Shown here: positions 1 to 12,597 of the stretch, piece by piece
How the letters are laid out: each line of letters opens with the position of its first letter
Position numbering within the stretch: position 1 is the stretch's first letter
From: Octopus bimaculoides
Lineage: Eukaryota
NCBI RefSeq assembly: GCF_001194135.2
Contig: NC_068992.1
Coordinates: 15,536,519 to 15,575,668 of the forward strand
Length of the DNA stretch: 39,150 nucleotides
Reading direction: 5' to 3'
Notes under the pieces: model-generated
What the model saw: the letters and a program-made list of their open reading frames with translations, nothing else
Told to the model about the DNA's origin: nothing
The model's database searches: none
Program-made: the position numbers and the translations under genes

Positions 1-24
1 ATATATATATATATATATATATAT

Positions 25-137
25 ACGACGGGCTTTATATATATATATATACTCACAAGGCTTTGGTCGACCCGAGGCTGAAGTAGAAGACGTGATTGGA
101 AGACAAACTTCTTACCACATAGCCACGCCAGTGCCTA
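25..137 (-). mobile_element. SINE family A (tRNA-type head), internally deleted
   Basis: Reverse complement of the head of the full copy at 26287 (cttaccacatagcc; ctcacaaggctttggtcgacccgaggct; tacgacgggcttt), with deletions. Confidence 0.75.
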
Positions 138-1289
138 TGCATATAAAACTCACACACACGAATATATATACATATAAGTATGTATGTATGTAGTTTATTG
201 GCGTGTTGTCCTACAGAAGACCTCAATACACTGAATTATGGAAGGTGTATCTGATTGTAAAAAATTTGTGTTATAATATCCATGTATTTCGTTGAGCACT
301 TCAAAATTTAGTCTGATCGCAGTTACGTCTTCCAAGAGGCTGATGTGTGTAGTCAGCCAATCATGGCCTCTCTACAGAATTATGGTTTTGTTATTCAATT
401 ATCCATAATCACAGACACAAACTCTCTTAATTCGTTTGTTTCTTTCTTCATAAATTTCTTACTTCCTTCAATATTTCTGAGTGTTACAAAATTTATTAGC
501 GCTACGTATACATAGTAAGTAAAAGACATTTTCACACCACCGCAAATAACTAGGCTGCCATTTTAATATAGTCATTTCCCTCATCAAAATAATCATTACT
601 AATTTACACAATTACTTCTTCGTCATTATCATCTTTTTCTTCACTGTCGTCGCAATTTTTAATTTCGCGCATGCGCATGAAGACATAATGTTGAAGACGA
701 GTATTATACATCTTCAAAATTTATTTTTCTTTCTTCGCATTACGTTCCAATTCGTGTTTCTTCTAAATTGGTTCCTTAGTTTCCTTTGATACAACAGCTT
801 TCTGCATTTCATCTGTTTATATTAAATCGACTGTAGTGTATGTTCTAATCCAAAGGTCGACAATCCTACCCAGCTTTATTCAAGGTGTTTCCCATACGGG
901 TGGATGGAGTGAACTGAAGCTGCAAGTATTAAGTATAAGTTTCTAAAATATATTCTTGGTGAAGGATTATAAAAGATTAGGGCAAAAGACGATGGAAATA
1001 ATATTGAATTATGATAGGTCCATAGTCCTGGTTTCATTTAATCTTTGAATAACTTCTTCAGACACCAAGGAAACAGATTACTATATTACGCTTAGTAGTA
1101 GAAAACCCCTTTAATAAGTCAGGATATTTTAACATCACTGACCGCTCGTACTAAAAATTATATAATATAATTTTAATTAAATTGACAGATTTAGAAAATT
1201 GAAACAAATGAGATAATAGTTTTCTTTGGGCAACTTGACTTATCCATAACAAGAGAATATTATAATACTCTTTCTGTGTTCCATCTTCA

Positions 1290-1725
1290 TATCAGACTTC
1301 TGACTCCTTGCTTCAATTGTATGATCAATTTCTATGGAAAAATCCAATCAAATTCTGCAAGTATCGTTCAGCGTGAAGGCTCCCAGATCGTCTTCATACC
1401 ATTTTCTCTCACGTCAAATTCGCAATCATCATTTTGTCGCCACAGTCATGCCGGCATTTATACTCTTTTTGCACCAGTGCATTGCACTCGGTTAGCAGAT
1501 GGTTAATTCTTTCATTCAGTTTCTATACATTCTATAACTATTATTTGTGTAAATCTTATCACTCTGTCTTATCAATTTTGTTCTATCGGTTTATTCCTGA
1601 GTGGCAATGATTGGTTATTAAGTTCTTCTTTTCAAATCTTTTTCTCTGAACTACAACCAGCATTCTTCACATCCAACTTCCTCGATTTATGAATTGGCCA
1701 TTTAATTCCTTCTTCTTCCAGTTAT
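1290..1725 (-). pseudogene. R4/Dong-type (RLE-clade) non-LTR retrotransposon C-terminal fragment
   Basis: Translation across stops and frameshifts gives WKKKELNGQF, WL*FREKDLKRRT**PIIATQE, ERINHLLTECNALVQKEYKCRHD and RI*LDFSIEIDHTIEAR. These match, in order, the R4/Dong motifs W..K.LHGQF, WL..G.LK.ETE..I.AAQEQ, ETI.HI.S.C..LA..EY..RH (CCHC knuckle) and ILWDF.IQTDH.I.ARRPD. Confidence 0.8.
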
Positions 1726-2434
1726 TTTTCTTGTGGTTCTTTCTATTCTGAAGTGTGCAGAAAATATGTTTTCTGTTTTTTTTTTGCTATTTGAGATAAT
1801 TGATTTTGTCTTAAGATTAAGAAACAAAAGTCAGTTACTTACAACTAGTGTATAACAAAAGAAATATTTTAATCGCTGTATTGATTTTTCTATATACCAT
1901 TATTTAATCATATTTTTACTTTATTTTGTAAATTATATTAGGCTAAAATAAATTGTTGTTTATGTATTATATTTAACATAAAAAATTTCATACAAAAAAA
2001 CAAAACCACTTTTACTAGAAAATATAATAATAATTCCTTTGTTGCTATGTCAAATATTAAAATAAAAAACACCAAGTCTGTAAACATTCAAATAAAAAGA
2101 AAATTGGCAAGTCTGCAAAACCTTACACGAACATTCGAATTGTCAGAAGGTTGTTATTATTCATCTGAACATTGTATTTTTCCATTATGTGTAAACCTCT
2201 TAGAGGTTGATTTCCTTTCGTTTTACCCCGTAAAAACCTGACCAGACGACATTCCTGCAATAAATTGCATCAAACTACATTCTTTATTCACGATCAACAC
2301 TTGCAACATAAAATGCTGCTTGTATATCAAGAAGCAGCGAGATGATATTACGACTACGTGCATGTTTTGTACTCTAGGCTACCACTTTCTGAGATGGTTT
2401 CAAGAATTTTGTTTAAATTTGGGGTTATTAAATA

Positions 2435-2620
2435 TTGGTTTCAACTTTTGACACAAGGCCAATAGGTTTAGCGGAAGGGGTACATCAATTACATCAACTC
2501 CACTGCTCAACTGGTACTTATTTTTATCGACCTCGAAAGGATGAAAGGCAAAGTCGACCTAGACGAAATTTGAACTGAGCATTTTTCCCGGCGTGCATAC
2601 GTTTCTGCCAGCTCGCCGCC
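2435..2620 (-). mobile_element. SINE family B, internally deleted
   Basis: Reverse complement of ggcggcgagctggcagaaacgt...gtcgactttgcctttcatcctttcgaggtcgataaaaataagtaccagtt, matching the copy at 4919. Confidence 0.85.
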
Positions 2621-4082
2621 ACTTGGAGTTAATAGAATATTAGAAATCCTTGTATAGGATTACAAGAACCTCACAAATACCATGCTATCACAGTCTCTTG
2701 AGCCGTTTATATTTTTCAACTAGAATTTATCCTATAAAGCCAAAGATTATAGAAAATTTCTTCAGGCGTAAAATAAAGAATTCAAACACAGACGATATTG
2801 CATGGAGTTTTGCTGGAAACGTTTCCCCAGATGCGCAAACATCACTGAAACAAACCAATCTTTATTTTAAACATCTGCTTCCCTTCGGAATGAAATTATT
2901 TTCAACAGCTTTCTCTGGATAGTGTTTTCTTATCGGGCAAATCACTCCTTTATTCTGAAGTACACTTTCAACTGAGGATTAAACTATTTTTTATTTTTAA
3001 CTTTTACATATTTCATTTTCTACAGTACTTAACATTTTTGCTCTTTATTTTCATATCTTCAATTTCCAACTGTTTTAGAAAGATTTCATCATTTAGATCT
3101 ATTGCTTTGAAGACCAGATGTCTTGAGAACATTCGCGTCTCATCAAGACCACGAATAGTAAAGTCTAAAATGTTATAATTGGTTACTTCTTCAAACTACT
3201 TATAGACTATCTTGAATAAAATTTCTACATCTTTCACTATTGTAACAGTATTCCAAATATCGGTTGTAAATAAATCTTCAGAATATGTGACACATCATTA
3301 CTGCATCAGATCAGAACTTACTTGTTTGAATCACGTGACCATTTATTGTTTTTGTTTTTCTCTTAGCATTACAGATAGACTATCTGAACTAGACATCACT
3401 ATTTTTTATATCTAACTGATTGATCTTATAGAAATCGTTGATCTCATTTGTAATTGATTCTTAATTGAAAACTGAAATCGTACCCTAGATTTTAGCGGCT
3501 ATTTTCCTGAAAGGAATATTTTTCATCAAAATTTTACTAGTAAAAATATCCGTTCTTTCATCAACCGTTAATGATTCACTTTTTTTAATTGCAGAACTTC
3601 AGACATACTTTCGCGATGAGTGACATAATTTATCGATTCCGCTAACTCAAAAGCATAAATTTTACTACGTCAGCTTATTGGAAAGGTTTCATATTCAGCC
3701 ATATGATTATTTTAATAAATCCTTGATTTTTCGTTTTTATATGTTTTCCCGTAGTCCTCTGGATTTTTTCTTTTTAACGCTCGGTTTACACACCCATAGT
3801 TTTTTGTATTTGTCTTATTTTTTCTTGTTCATTCTTGTCTTTCATATTCGCTCTCCAAACTTCAGCAGCTTTTTACTACAATTCGCCCCGCTCGCCATCA
3901 ACCCACCACCAAAAATAGAACTATATTATCAATACGTTTTCGAAATTATGATTTCTGGTCAATAACTGATGAGGGATGAGTGTGTCTATCAAGCACATTG
4001 TATTGTTTTTTCTTTCCCGTATGTTCCTTTGCCATACCCCGATGCAACATTACATATATAGTAGCACAGGGGGGCGACAAAT

Positions 4083-4127
<45 letters not shown>

Positions 4128-4918
4128 AACATGGTGTATACCTATCTATAACTGAACTATTATGAACTTTTCACATTCCGGACGCTTTCTGATTTGCTTT
4201 TATACATATTTTTATAAAAAGCTTGCATTTCTCTTCATTATGTTATATAGATTTAAGTAGGTTATAAATTGATTTATTGACGTGGTACCTCTTGATTGCG
4301 TGATTGACACTTTATGAGTTTCTTCCAGTGTTTATTCATATATATATGGATTCATATATATANNNNNNNNNNNNNNNNNNNNNNNNNNNNNNNNNNNNNN
4401 NNNNNNNNNNNNNNNNNNNNNNNNNNNNNNNNNNNNNNNNNNNNNNNNNNNNNNNNNNNNNNNNNNNNNNNNNNNNNNNNNNNNNNNNNNNNNNNNNNNN
4501 NNNNNNNNNNNNNNNNNNNNNNNNNNNNNNNNNNNNNNNNNNNNNNNNNNNNNNNNNNNNNNNNNNNNNNNNNNNNNNNNNNNNNNNNNNNNNNNNNNNN
4601 NNNNNNNNNNNNNNNNNNNNNNNNNNNNNNNNNNNNNNNNNNNNNNNNNNNNNNNNNNNNNNNNNNNNNNNNNNNNNNNNNNNNNNNNNNNNNNNNNNNN
4701 NNNNNNNNNNNNNNNNNNNNNNNNNNNNNNNNNNNNNNNNNNNNNNNNNNNNNNNNNNNNNNNNNNNNNNNNNNNNNNNNNNNNNNNNNNNNNNNNNNNN
4801 NNNNNNNNNNNNNNNNNNNNNNNNNNNNNNNNNNNNNNNNNNNNNNNNNNNNNNNNNNNNNNNNNNNNNNNNNNNNNNNNNNNNNNNNGCAATAAAGAAA
4901 CATATAACTTGACATAAA

Positions 4919-5148
4919 AGGCGGTGAGCTGGCAGAAATGCTAGCACGCCGGGCGAAATGCTTAGCGGTATTTCGTCTGCCGTTATGTTCTGAGTTCGAA
5001 TTCCGCCGAGGTCGACTTTGCCTTTCATCCTTTCGGGGTCGATTAAATAAGTACCAGTTACGCACTGGGGTCGATGTAAACAACTTAAACCCTTTGTCTG
5101 TCCTTGTTTGTCCCCTCTATATTTAGCCCCCTGTGGGCAATAAAGAAA
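4919..5148 (+). mobile_element. SINE family B, full length
   Basis: ggcggtgagctggcagaa head, B-box-like gagttcgaattcc, central gtcgactttgcctttcatcctttcggggtcgattaaataagtacc, tail gggcaataaagaaa; homologous to more than 10 other copies in the window. Confidence 0.9.
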
Positions 5149-5277
5149 CATATAACTTGACATAAAGCATATAGTGATATATATACATATAAATATATGT
5201 GTCTGTGTGTATCGATATCTATATATATTTGGATATATGGTTATATATGCATGTATGTATCTATCTATCTATCTACC

Positions 5278-5720
<443 letters not shown>

Positions 5721-6801
5721 TGTGTATGCTGCTAATAGTAAATACGCTGGAAACTTTTTAGTGTCATTACAAATTGTCTTGATTATACATTAAGCTGCGT
5801 TCTATTGGAGGATTTTCTTTCAATTGAATTACTGTACAATACTTTGACTTAATGTTCCTCCTCGAATTTTTGACGGTAATGGCAAATCTTCTTTAAACTG
5901 AAACTAGACATTTTATGAGAATGTACTTTTACTACACTCTCTACTTGATATTTTTTATCTTACTCTGCCATCATTACGACTCATTGCATTTATTACCATG
6001 CGTATTTCTATGATTATTTTTATTGTATTTATGCTGCAAAAACTCTGTGTGTGTGGGGGGGGGGGTTTATTGAAACCCAAGGAGTACTTCATATTTTTTC
6101 CTCGGTCTTTCATATATAATTTAGTCGAGCAACGAGATACTGCCCTTTGTTACGCGCGTCTCTCACACCTTCCTTTTTTCGTCAAATGCTTCTTGTCGAG
6201 TTACTCATTTTGCTCGAAAGTCTTAAGAAATAATGGAATATCGCAGATGTTTTGGAAATTGCTTTTACCTTTTACCTATATTTTTTTCTTACACTTCAAA
6301 TATTGTTTCTAACACTAGTCCATTAATGTCTTCTATTTCCCATGTGTAAGTATCTATGTTCAAACCTTTCTTTAGATTTCGCTTATAATTTAAAGTTGTG
6401 TCTGTTAAGTTAGTACTCTCAATATTGAAGCTAACACTGCTTCCCACAATTTCTGGGGCAGTCAACTTGCAAACATTTCCTCAGCTCCTGACAATAGAGT
6501 AGGCATTCAAATATACTGAAGGTATCACTCCTTTTGGTACTGAGAAGGGCATTGTCTCTGTGAATTTTCTTTCTTCCTTCCCCTTTATTTTATTTGTTTA
6601 CTTTTTATTTTTTTTAGTTTTTATTTTTTATTTTTCTTTGCCTTCCTCCTTTTCTCTCTCACATGACTTTGTAATTGAACAATCTGGTGTGTTTATTTTA
6701 ATGGCCTACCAATGTATACAGTACATTTCTCTGCCCTAGGTGTCATGAAGACCCTCGGCAAGAAATGGAAATAGAATTGAAAGAAGATGCTAATGAAAAT
6801 A

Positions 6802-7491
6802 CTAGGTTGAGGAAACAGTTCGTGTGCTGTATTAAAATAATGATTTTTTATGTAAGAATTTATTCAACAACTATTCTTCAAAATAAAGACCATCATTTTC
6901 CACGACCTTCTGCCAATGATCTGCAAGCTTTCAGATTTGGTCAAAGTACCAATCCTTCGGATTTGATTTGAAAAATTCTTGACAAGCTTCTACTTCATTG
7001 AATGACTCAAATTTATTCAAAAACAACAGCTATTCTTCAAAATTAAGACCATCATTTTCTGCGACCTTCTGCCAACGATCTGCAAGCTTTCGGATTTGGT
7101 CAAAGTACCAATCCTTCGGCTTTGAATCGAAATATTCTTGACAGGCTTCTTCTACTTCATCGAATGACTCAAATCGGTGATCTTTCAAAAAGTGCTGCAT
7201 TTTTCATAAGAGACCGTAGTCAGATGGAGCAACGTCTGGACTATAGGCTGGATGCAGCAGAACTTCCACAGCATCCAATTCTTCAATCTTGTTGCTGGTA
7301 TTTCTGGCGGTATGCAGCTTTGCATTGTCTTGTTGAAACAAAGCGCGTTTTCGACGAACGAGTCTTGGGTATTTTCCAACAGTGACTCCCCATTGAACAT
7401 GACATGAACTGAATGAACACACACACCACAAAATATATTTTTAAAAAAGGCATTATTTTAACACAGCGCACGAAATTTTTCCTCGACCTAA
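6802..7491 (-). mobile_element. Internally deleted mariner (Tc1/mariner) DNA transposon
   Basis: About 50-bp TIRs (TA|CTAGGTTGAGGAAACAGTTCGTGTGCTGTATTAAAATAATG and CATTATTTTAACACAGCGCACGAAATTTTTCCTCGACCTAA|TA) with a TA target duplication; encloses the transposase C-terminus. Confidence 0.9.
7030..7365 (-). pseudogene. Mariner transposase C-terminal remnant
   Basis: KYPRLVRRKRALFQQDNAKLHTA...HPAYSPDVAPSDYGLL*KMQHFL...QIRKLADRWQKVAENDGLNFEE*; contains the diagnostic YSPDLAPSD-like motif and an in-frame premature stop. Confidence 0.92.
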
Positions 7492-7529
7492 TAATAATAA
7501 TGATAATAATAATAACAATAATAATACCT

Positions 7530-7672
7530 TTCCCTATGAGCACAAGGCCTGAAATTTAGTAGGTGGGGTCTAGTCTATTACATCGATCCCAGTTATTGAC
7601 TGGTATTTATTTTATTGACCACGACAGTAAGCAAGTCAAAGTCGACCTGGGTGTAATTTGAACTCAGAACAT
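7530..7672 (-). mobile_element. SINE family B, 3' part, diverged
   Basis: aaagtcgacctgggtgtaatttgaactcagaac and gcacaaggcctgaaattt match the family B reverse complement. Confidence 0.75.
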
Positions 7673-7889
7673 GCGATATTACATTCGTATTTCGAATCAA
7701 ACGAACGAAAGAAGTTTTTGACCGCATTGACTGTGACAATGGGATCATGAATGACAACAATAGTAATAAAGAATGCCTAACAACAACAACAACAACGTGT
7801 AATGAATCACAACAGTTTTAGTACCAAAAAAAGAGTTAAGTAACAACTAGAAGAACGATAATGACAAAGAATACATTAAAACAACTACA

Positions 7890-8720
7890 ATAGCAAGGTT
7901 GTTGGTGGGGGGATGCGTGGTGGTGGGGATGCGTGGTGGTGGCGGGGANNNNNNNNNNNNNNNNNNNNNNNNNNNNNNNNNNNNNNNNNNNNNNNNNNNN
8001 NNNNNNNNNNNNNNNNNNNNNNNNNNNNNNNNNNNNNNNNNNNNNNNNNNNNNNNNNNNNNNNNNNNNNNNNNNNNNNNNNNNNNNNNNNNNNNNNNNNN
8101 NNNNNNNNNNNNNNNNNNNNNNNNNNNNNNNNNNNNNNNNNNNNNNNNNNNNNNNNNNNNNNNNNNNNNNNNNNNNNNNNNNNNNNNNNNNNNNNNNNNN
8201 NNNNNNNNNNNNNNNNNNNNNNNNNNNNNNNNNNNNNNNNNNNNNNNNNNNNNNNNNNNNNNNNNNNNNNNNNNNNNNNNNNNNNNNNNNNNNNNNNNNG
8301 CGTGGTGATGGTGGTGTTGGTGGTGGTGGTTGTGGTGGTCGTTGTTTTTGTTGTTTCTTGTTTTTGTTGGCTTTATTGTATTTCCTGTCGTTGTTGTTGC
8401 TTTCTGTGTTTTTTGTTGCTGTCTTGTTGTTATTGTTGTTGATATTCTTGATGTTACTGTTTTATTTTAGCTGTTCCTGCTTTTTTGTTTTTTTTTTGTC
8501 GTTATTGTTGGTTTGTTTTGTTGTTGTCATTATTTCTTTTGCTATTGTTGTGATTTTTGTTGCTGTTGTTGCTAAATGCTGTTTGTTACCAACAAACGCA
8601 GGATCGGAAAACGGTTAAGAACACCCACCTATTACAAAAACAACAACAACAACAACAACAACTAAGAAGTGCTCCACCGCAACAACAACAACAACAACAG
8701 CATCAACAACAGGACAAACA
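7890..8720. repeat. (GGT)n/(GTT)n/(CAA)n trinucleotide tracts around a gap
   Basis: Direct inspection; source of the poly-V/L and poly-Q pseudo-ORFs. Confidence 0.85.
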
Positions 8721-9184
8721 ACACAAACTTAAAATCGTAAAGTCTTTCCATCTCACGTTAATCTTCATAATGCATTCAACAATATGTTCTTGGCAATGTT
8801 TAGTAGCCATTTATGTGAATAATCATTGGTGGCTCGTATAAATCAGAATATCTTAACGACAATTCATTCAGCGATCGATCTATCGATCGATCGATTTTTT
8901 TTTTTTTTTTTTGTGGAGGGGTAGTTTTCTTTTCTTTTCTTTTTTTTTTTTTTTCGACACCGTAAATCTCTCTTTTGCACCAGAGAAATGGGACTATGAT
9001 CAGCAGACATCTTGATAAAATATGTTCAGCTCTCACATATTCTTCATACCTCGCTTTCACCTTTGCTTGGCGTTGGCCAATCATTTGAAAGGGATTAATC
9101 ACCTGATATACGTCAATTTTTTCTTTTTTCATTTCTTTGTTTTTTTCTTTGCTTTCGTATGTCTTTCAGATTTCCCACTCATAC

Positions 9185-9660
9185 TTCATGCACACACACA
9201 CACACGCGCACATAGGCACTTACACACTCATCTTAAACACATACATACACACACACACACACGGACTTACACATCTCATACACACATACACAAATCACAC
9301 CCACACATCTTTACACTTACACACACGTACGCACTCACACATACATATACATTCTAACACACACATGCACACTCGAACATACGTAAACTTTTACTCACAT
9401 ATCCACTTACACACGCGTTGGCACTCACACATACATATATACACGCATATACTCACGCACATATACACGCTCGAACATACATACACACTCGCACATGCAC
9501 ACTCACACACACGCTCACACACATATATACACTCGCACGTACATACATACTCGCACACACATGCTCACTCGAACATATATATACACTCGCGTCCACACAT
9601 GCACACTCACGTGCATATACACAGACACTACCAATCTAACACATGTACGTATACACAAAC
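9185..9660. repeat. Degenerate (CA)/(CACATA)-rich low-complexity tract
   Basis: Direct inspection; source of the His/Thr-rich pseudo-ORFs. Confidence 0.9.
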
Positions 9661-9780
9661 ACTTAATACAGCAATCCCTCGACAATCGGGAGTGTTACGT
9701 TCCAAAACCTCTCACAGAAATAATTAAAATATAAAAAATATAAATACTTATCGGTCGCAGAAACCCGCGTTATAAATTTA

Positions 9781-9901
9781 AATTTATTTCTTTATTGCCC
9801 ACAGGGGCTAAACATAAAGGGGACAAACAAGGACAGACAAAAGAATTAAGTCGATTACATCGACCCAGTGCGTAAATGGTACTTAATTTATCGACCCCGA
9901 G
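9781..9901 (-). mobile_element. SINE family B, 3' half
   Basis: tttctttattgcccacaggggctaaacataaaggggacaaacaaggacag is the reverse complement of the tail at about 5095-5148. Confidence 0.85.
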
Positions 9902-10202
9902 AGATAACTAGATAAAGAGAGAGAGAGAGAGAAAGAGGGAGAGAGATAGGTAGATAGATAAATAGATAAAAATAAAGAGAGAGAGAGAGGGGGGAGAGAT
10001 ACATACAGATAGATAGATAGATTGATTGATTGATTGATATGGCCGTTTTCTTAATAGTTTAAATATGTATGAAATGCTTGGTTACTGACCGGTTATATCG
10101 AGTAAAGAATTGAAAATTATATCAAAATACATATATACCCACGCACGCAAGCACACACACATAAACACAGACACACATATTGACTCTCTCTCCCTCTCTC
10201 TG

Positions 10203-10245
<43 letters not shown>

Positions 10246-10788
10246 TAGAAACATAGTAACCAGGAATCATGCAAGCGAAGCAAGTGTTTTTATTTTCTTC
10301 AGCATTTCTACAGGAATATAACAGCAAAGATATCGATGTGTTATTTCGTTATTTAGTCGTAAATTAGTTTTTTTCTTTCCCTATTGCTTAATACAGACAC
10401 AACTACCGCTAACCACAGGAAACAACTCCACCCAACCATATTCACAAGAGTACTCGCGACATTCAGGCACATTTGTGGCACTTCCTTCCAGGCTCATTAT
10501 CGCCATTAAAATTGTAGAACACAATGATATTATGTCTCAAGACTCAGATTAACGTTCTTTTCACTGGAATCTCATAATTATGACTCATTAAAGATCGATA
10601 AATAAACGTAATTGAAATGGGCAGAGAAAGATATGTCAAGATAGCTTTACAGAAATTATTCTCACACATTTTCTATTCACTGAAAAATTTCCTGTTACTC
10701 ACGTATAAATACACAAAAACATACACACATACGTACATATACTTATTTGTGTGAGTGTGCGTACGTATGTAGTGTTTCTCTCTCTCTC

Positions 10789-10827
<39 letters not shown>

Positions 10828-11639
10828 ACTTTTTGTTTGTAGATCAATAATGTAAACATTAACAATGATACCAATTTAATGTTCGCGTGTTTTGAAACTC
10901 TTGTAGCTGCGGTATTTCGTCTTAGGGAGGCCTCCTTTAAAGACATATAGTGTATACCCCCAAAGATACGTGAACCTACACCAACGCCGGAAATGAACGA
11001 GAATGGCATATATCGATATTTTGCAGTATTTTCTGCTCAACAGTGTCATATACTCGCTTGACCTCCGAAACTGTTGTAAAGCGGTCTTTTGCCACTGTTG
11101 TATGTCTTTTGACGACCGTTGTCGCTCTGACAAATATTATTATATTCCGAAGTCGTCGATAGAATGGTTCTATCTGGCACTGTACGACCCGCGGTCGTAG
11201 TGTTATTATCCTCAAAAGGTTGGATCATTATAACGTCCACTCAATAGTACAATATAATTACTATATCAGCACAGACACGACTATCAACACAGTCTACACG
11301 TACTCTCGATCTTCTGACCTTCTTTCTGTCGACCGGCTTTTGATCTATTTATAATGGCTGGTTACTACCACTTTTTACCGAGTGGGGTGTACAGTTTCGC
11401 TATACGTCTCCCCTTTTCATTTTTTATTTAACAATCAATTTCTTTTATTCACCCTACCTCCTCCTTNNNNNNNNNNNNNNNNNNNNNNNNNNNNNNNNNN
11501 NNNNNNNNNNNNNNNNNNNNNNNNNNNNNNNNNNNNNNNATATATATATATATATATATACTCAATATCTTTTCTTCATGGGGCCTACTTTTAGGAATTC
11601 AGTGTTATTCCTTTTCCTTGTACGTGTGGTTTCGACTTC

Positions 11640-11895
11640 TTGTAACGGTGTTGAACCTGAAAAGTGTCATATAGCCAATCCCTCGGCATTTCTACTCTTG
11701 TTACTTCCTTTTCTATGACTCTTTCCTTAAGCTGATTTCTATGTCTCCTTTCCATTCCAGTTCTGCTTCTTACACCATACATTATTCTTCTTATGTATGT
11801 TACAATTTCTCCTTCTTCCCAGTATTGCTTACTATTTTTGTACATTCCTACATATACTTTATCACCGATTCTAAAGTACGTATTATATTTTCGAA
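11640..11895 (-). pseudogene. Ty3/Gypsy-type Pol post-integrase fragment
   Basis: FRIGDKVYVGMYKNSKQYWEEGEIV...MYGV...RRHRNQLKER matches the F..GD.V....Y....W..G.I...Y.V.....RH.NQL..R pattern found C-terminal to Gypsy integrases; no RT or integrase core is visible. Confidence 0.65.
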
Positions 11896-11926
11896 GAAGA
11901 GCATTTAGCACCCCCACTCAGCTCAA

Positions 11927-11987
11927 AACAATATCTGTGTATCGCGATTTCCGGGTTATTTCCTTTCATCAGCACGGAATAATTGTT
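11927..11987 (-). ncRNA. Minimal type I hammerhead-ribozyme-like motif (Penelope-like element type)
   Basis: Minus strand reads aacaattattccgtg-CTGATGA-aaggaaataacccg-GAAA-tcgcga-T-A-cacagatattgtt. Core is conserved, helix III is a palindrome (ATCGCGAT), helix I flanks are near-complementary, helix II is weakened. Confidence 0.65.
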
Positions 11988-12559
11988 CAGCTAGAGGTGG
12001 TGCTGCCAAATTCCTGTTCGAAATATATAGCTTTCAAAGGGACAACTAGTCACTGATCTACTTTAATTTTCTATTGAAATATTCGTCGCATAACTACGAG
12101 CTGGTCTCTGATACAGTTTCAAAAATACAGTCTCAGATCACGTATAACTAAAAGGAAAACAAACAAACAAAAAACAAGAAAGAGAAAAAACAGATTCTAA
12201 ACATTCGAAAAAGGAATAAAGAAACGCAATAAATCTGTAGTCATCTTTAGAGATTGATTGCACTGTTAGGGGGAGATAACTTTCTCATCTTGACGGAAGA
12301 GGAAACGGTACACTGTTATAATTTTTTTCTTTTTTTTTTTTCAAAAACGTATTTGAATTAGAAAGCTTTATCAGATGATTACTGTTACGCAGATTGTAAC
12401 CACGATAGAAAATCTGTTGTTATTACAGACACGTCTGTGTGTATGTGTAAGTGTGTGTGTGTATGTGTGTGTGTGTGTTACGTGTGGGCGTGTGTGCGTC
12501 TGCGTACAAAAAGACAGAAAGAAACAGACAGACAAGTAGACAGAGAGGCAGACATACAA

Positions 12560-12597
<38 letters not shown>

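Noticed and set aside
667-676. GCGCATGCGC NRF1-like palindrome
   Set aside because: Single 10-mer with no CpG-rich promoter context or adjacent gene start.
8557-8841. Poly-Q ORF
   Set aside because: A (CAA)n microsatellite with no flanking domain or splice support.
9137-9734. His/Thr-rich ORFs
   Set aside because: Translations of a CA-rich low-complexity tract.
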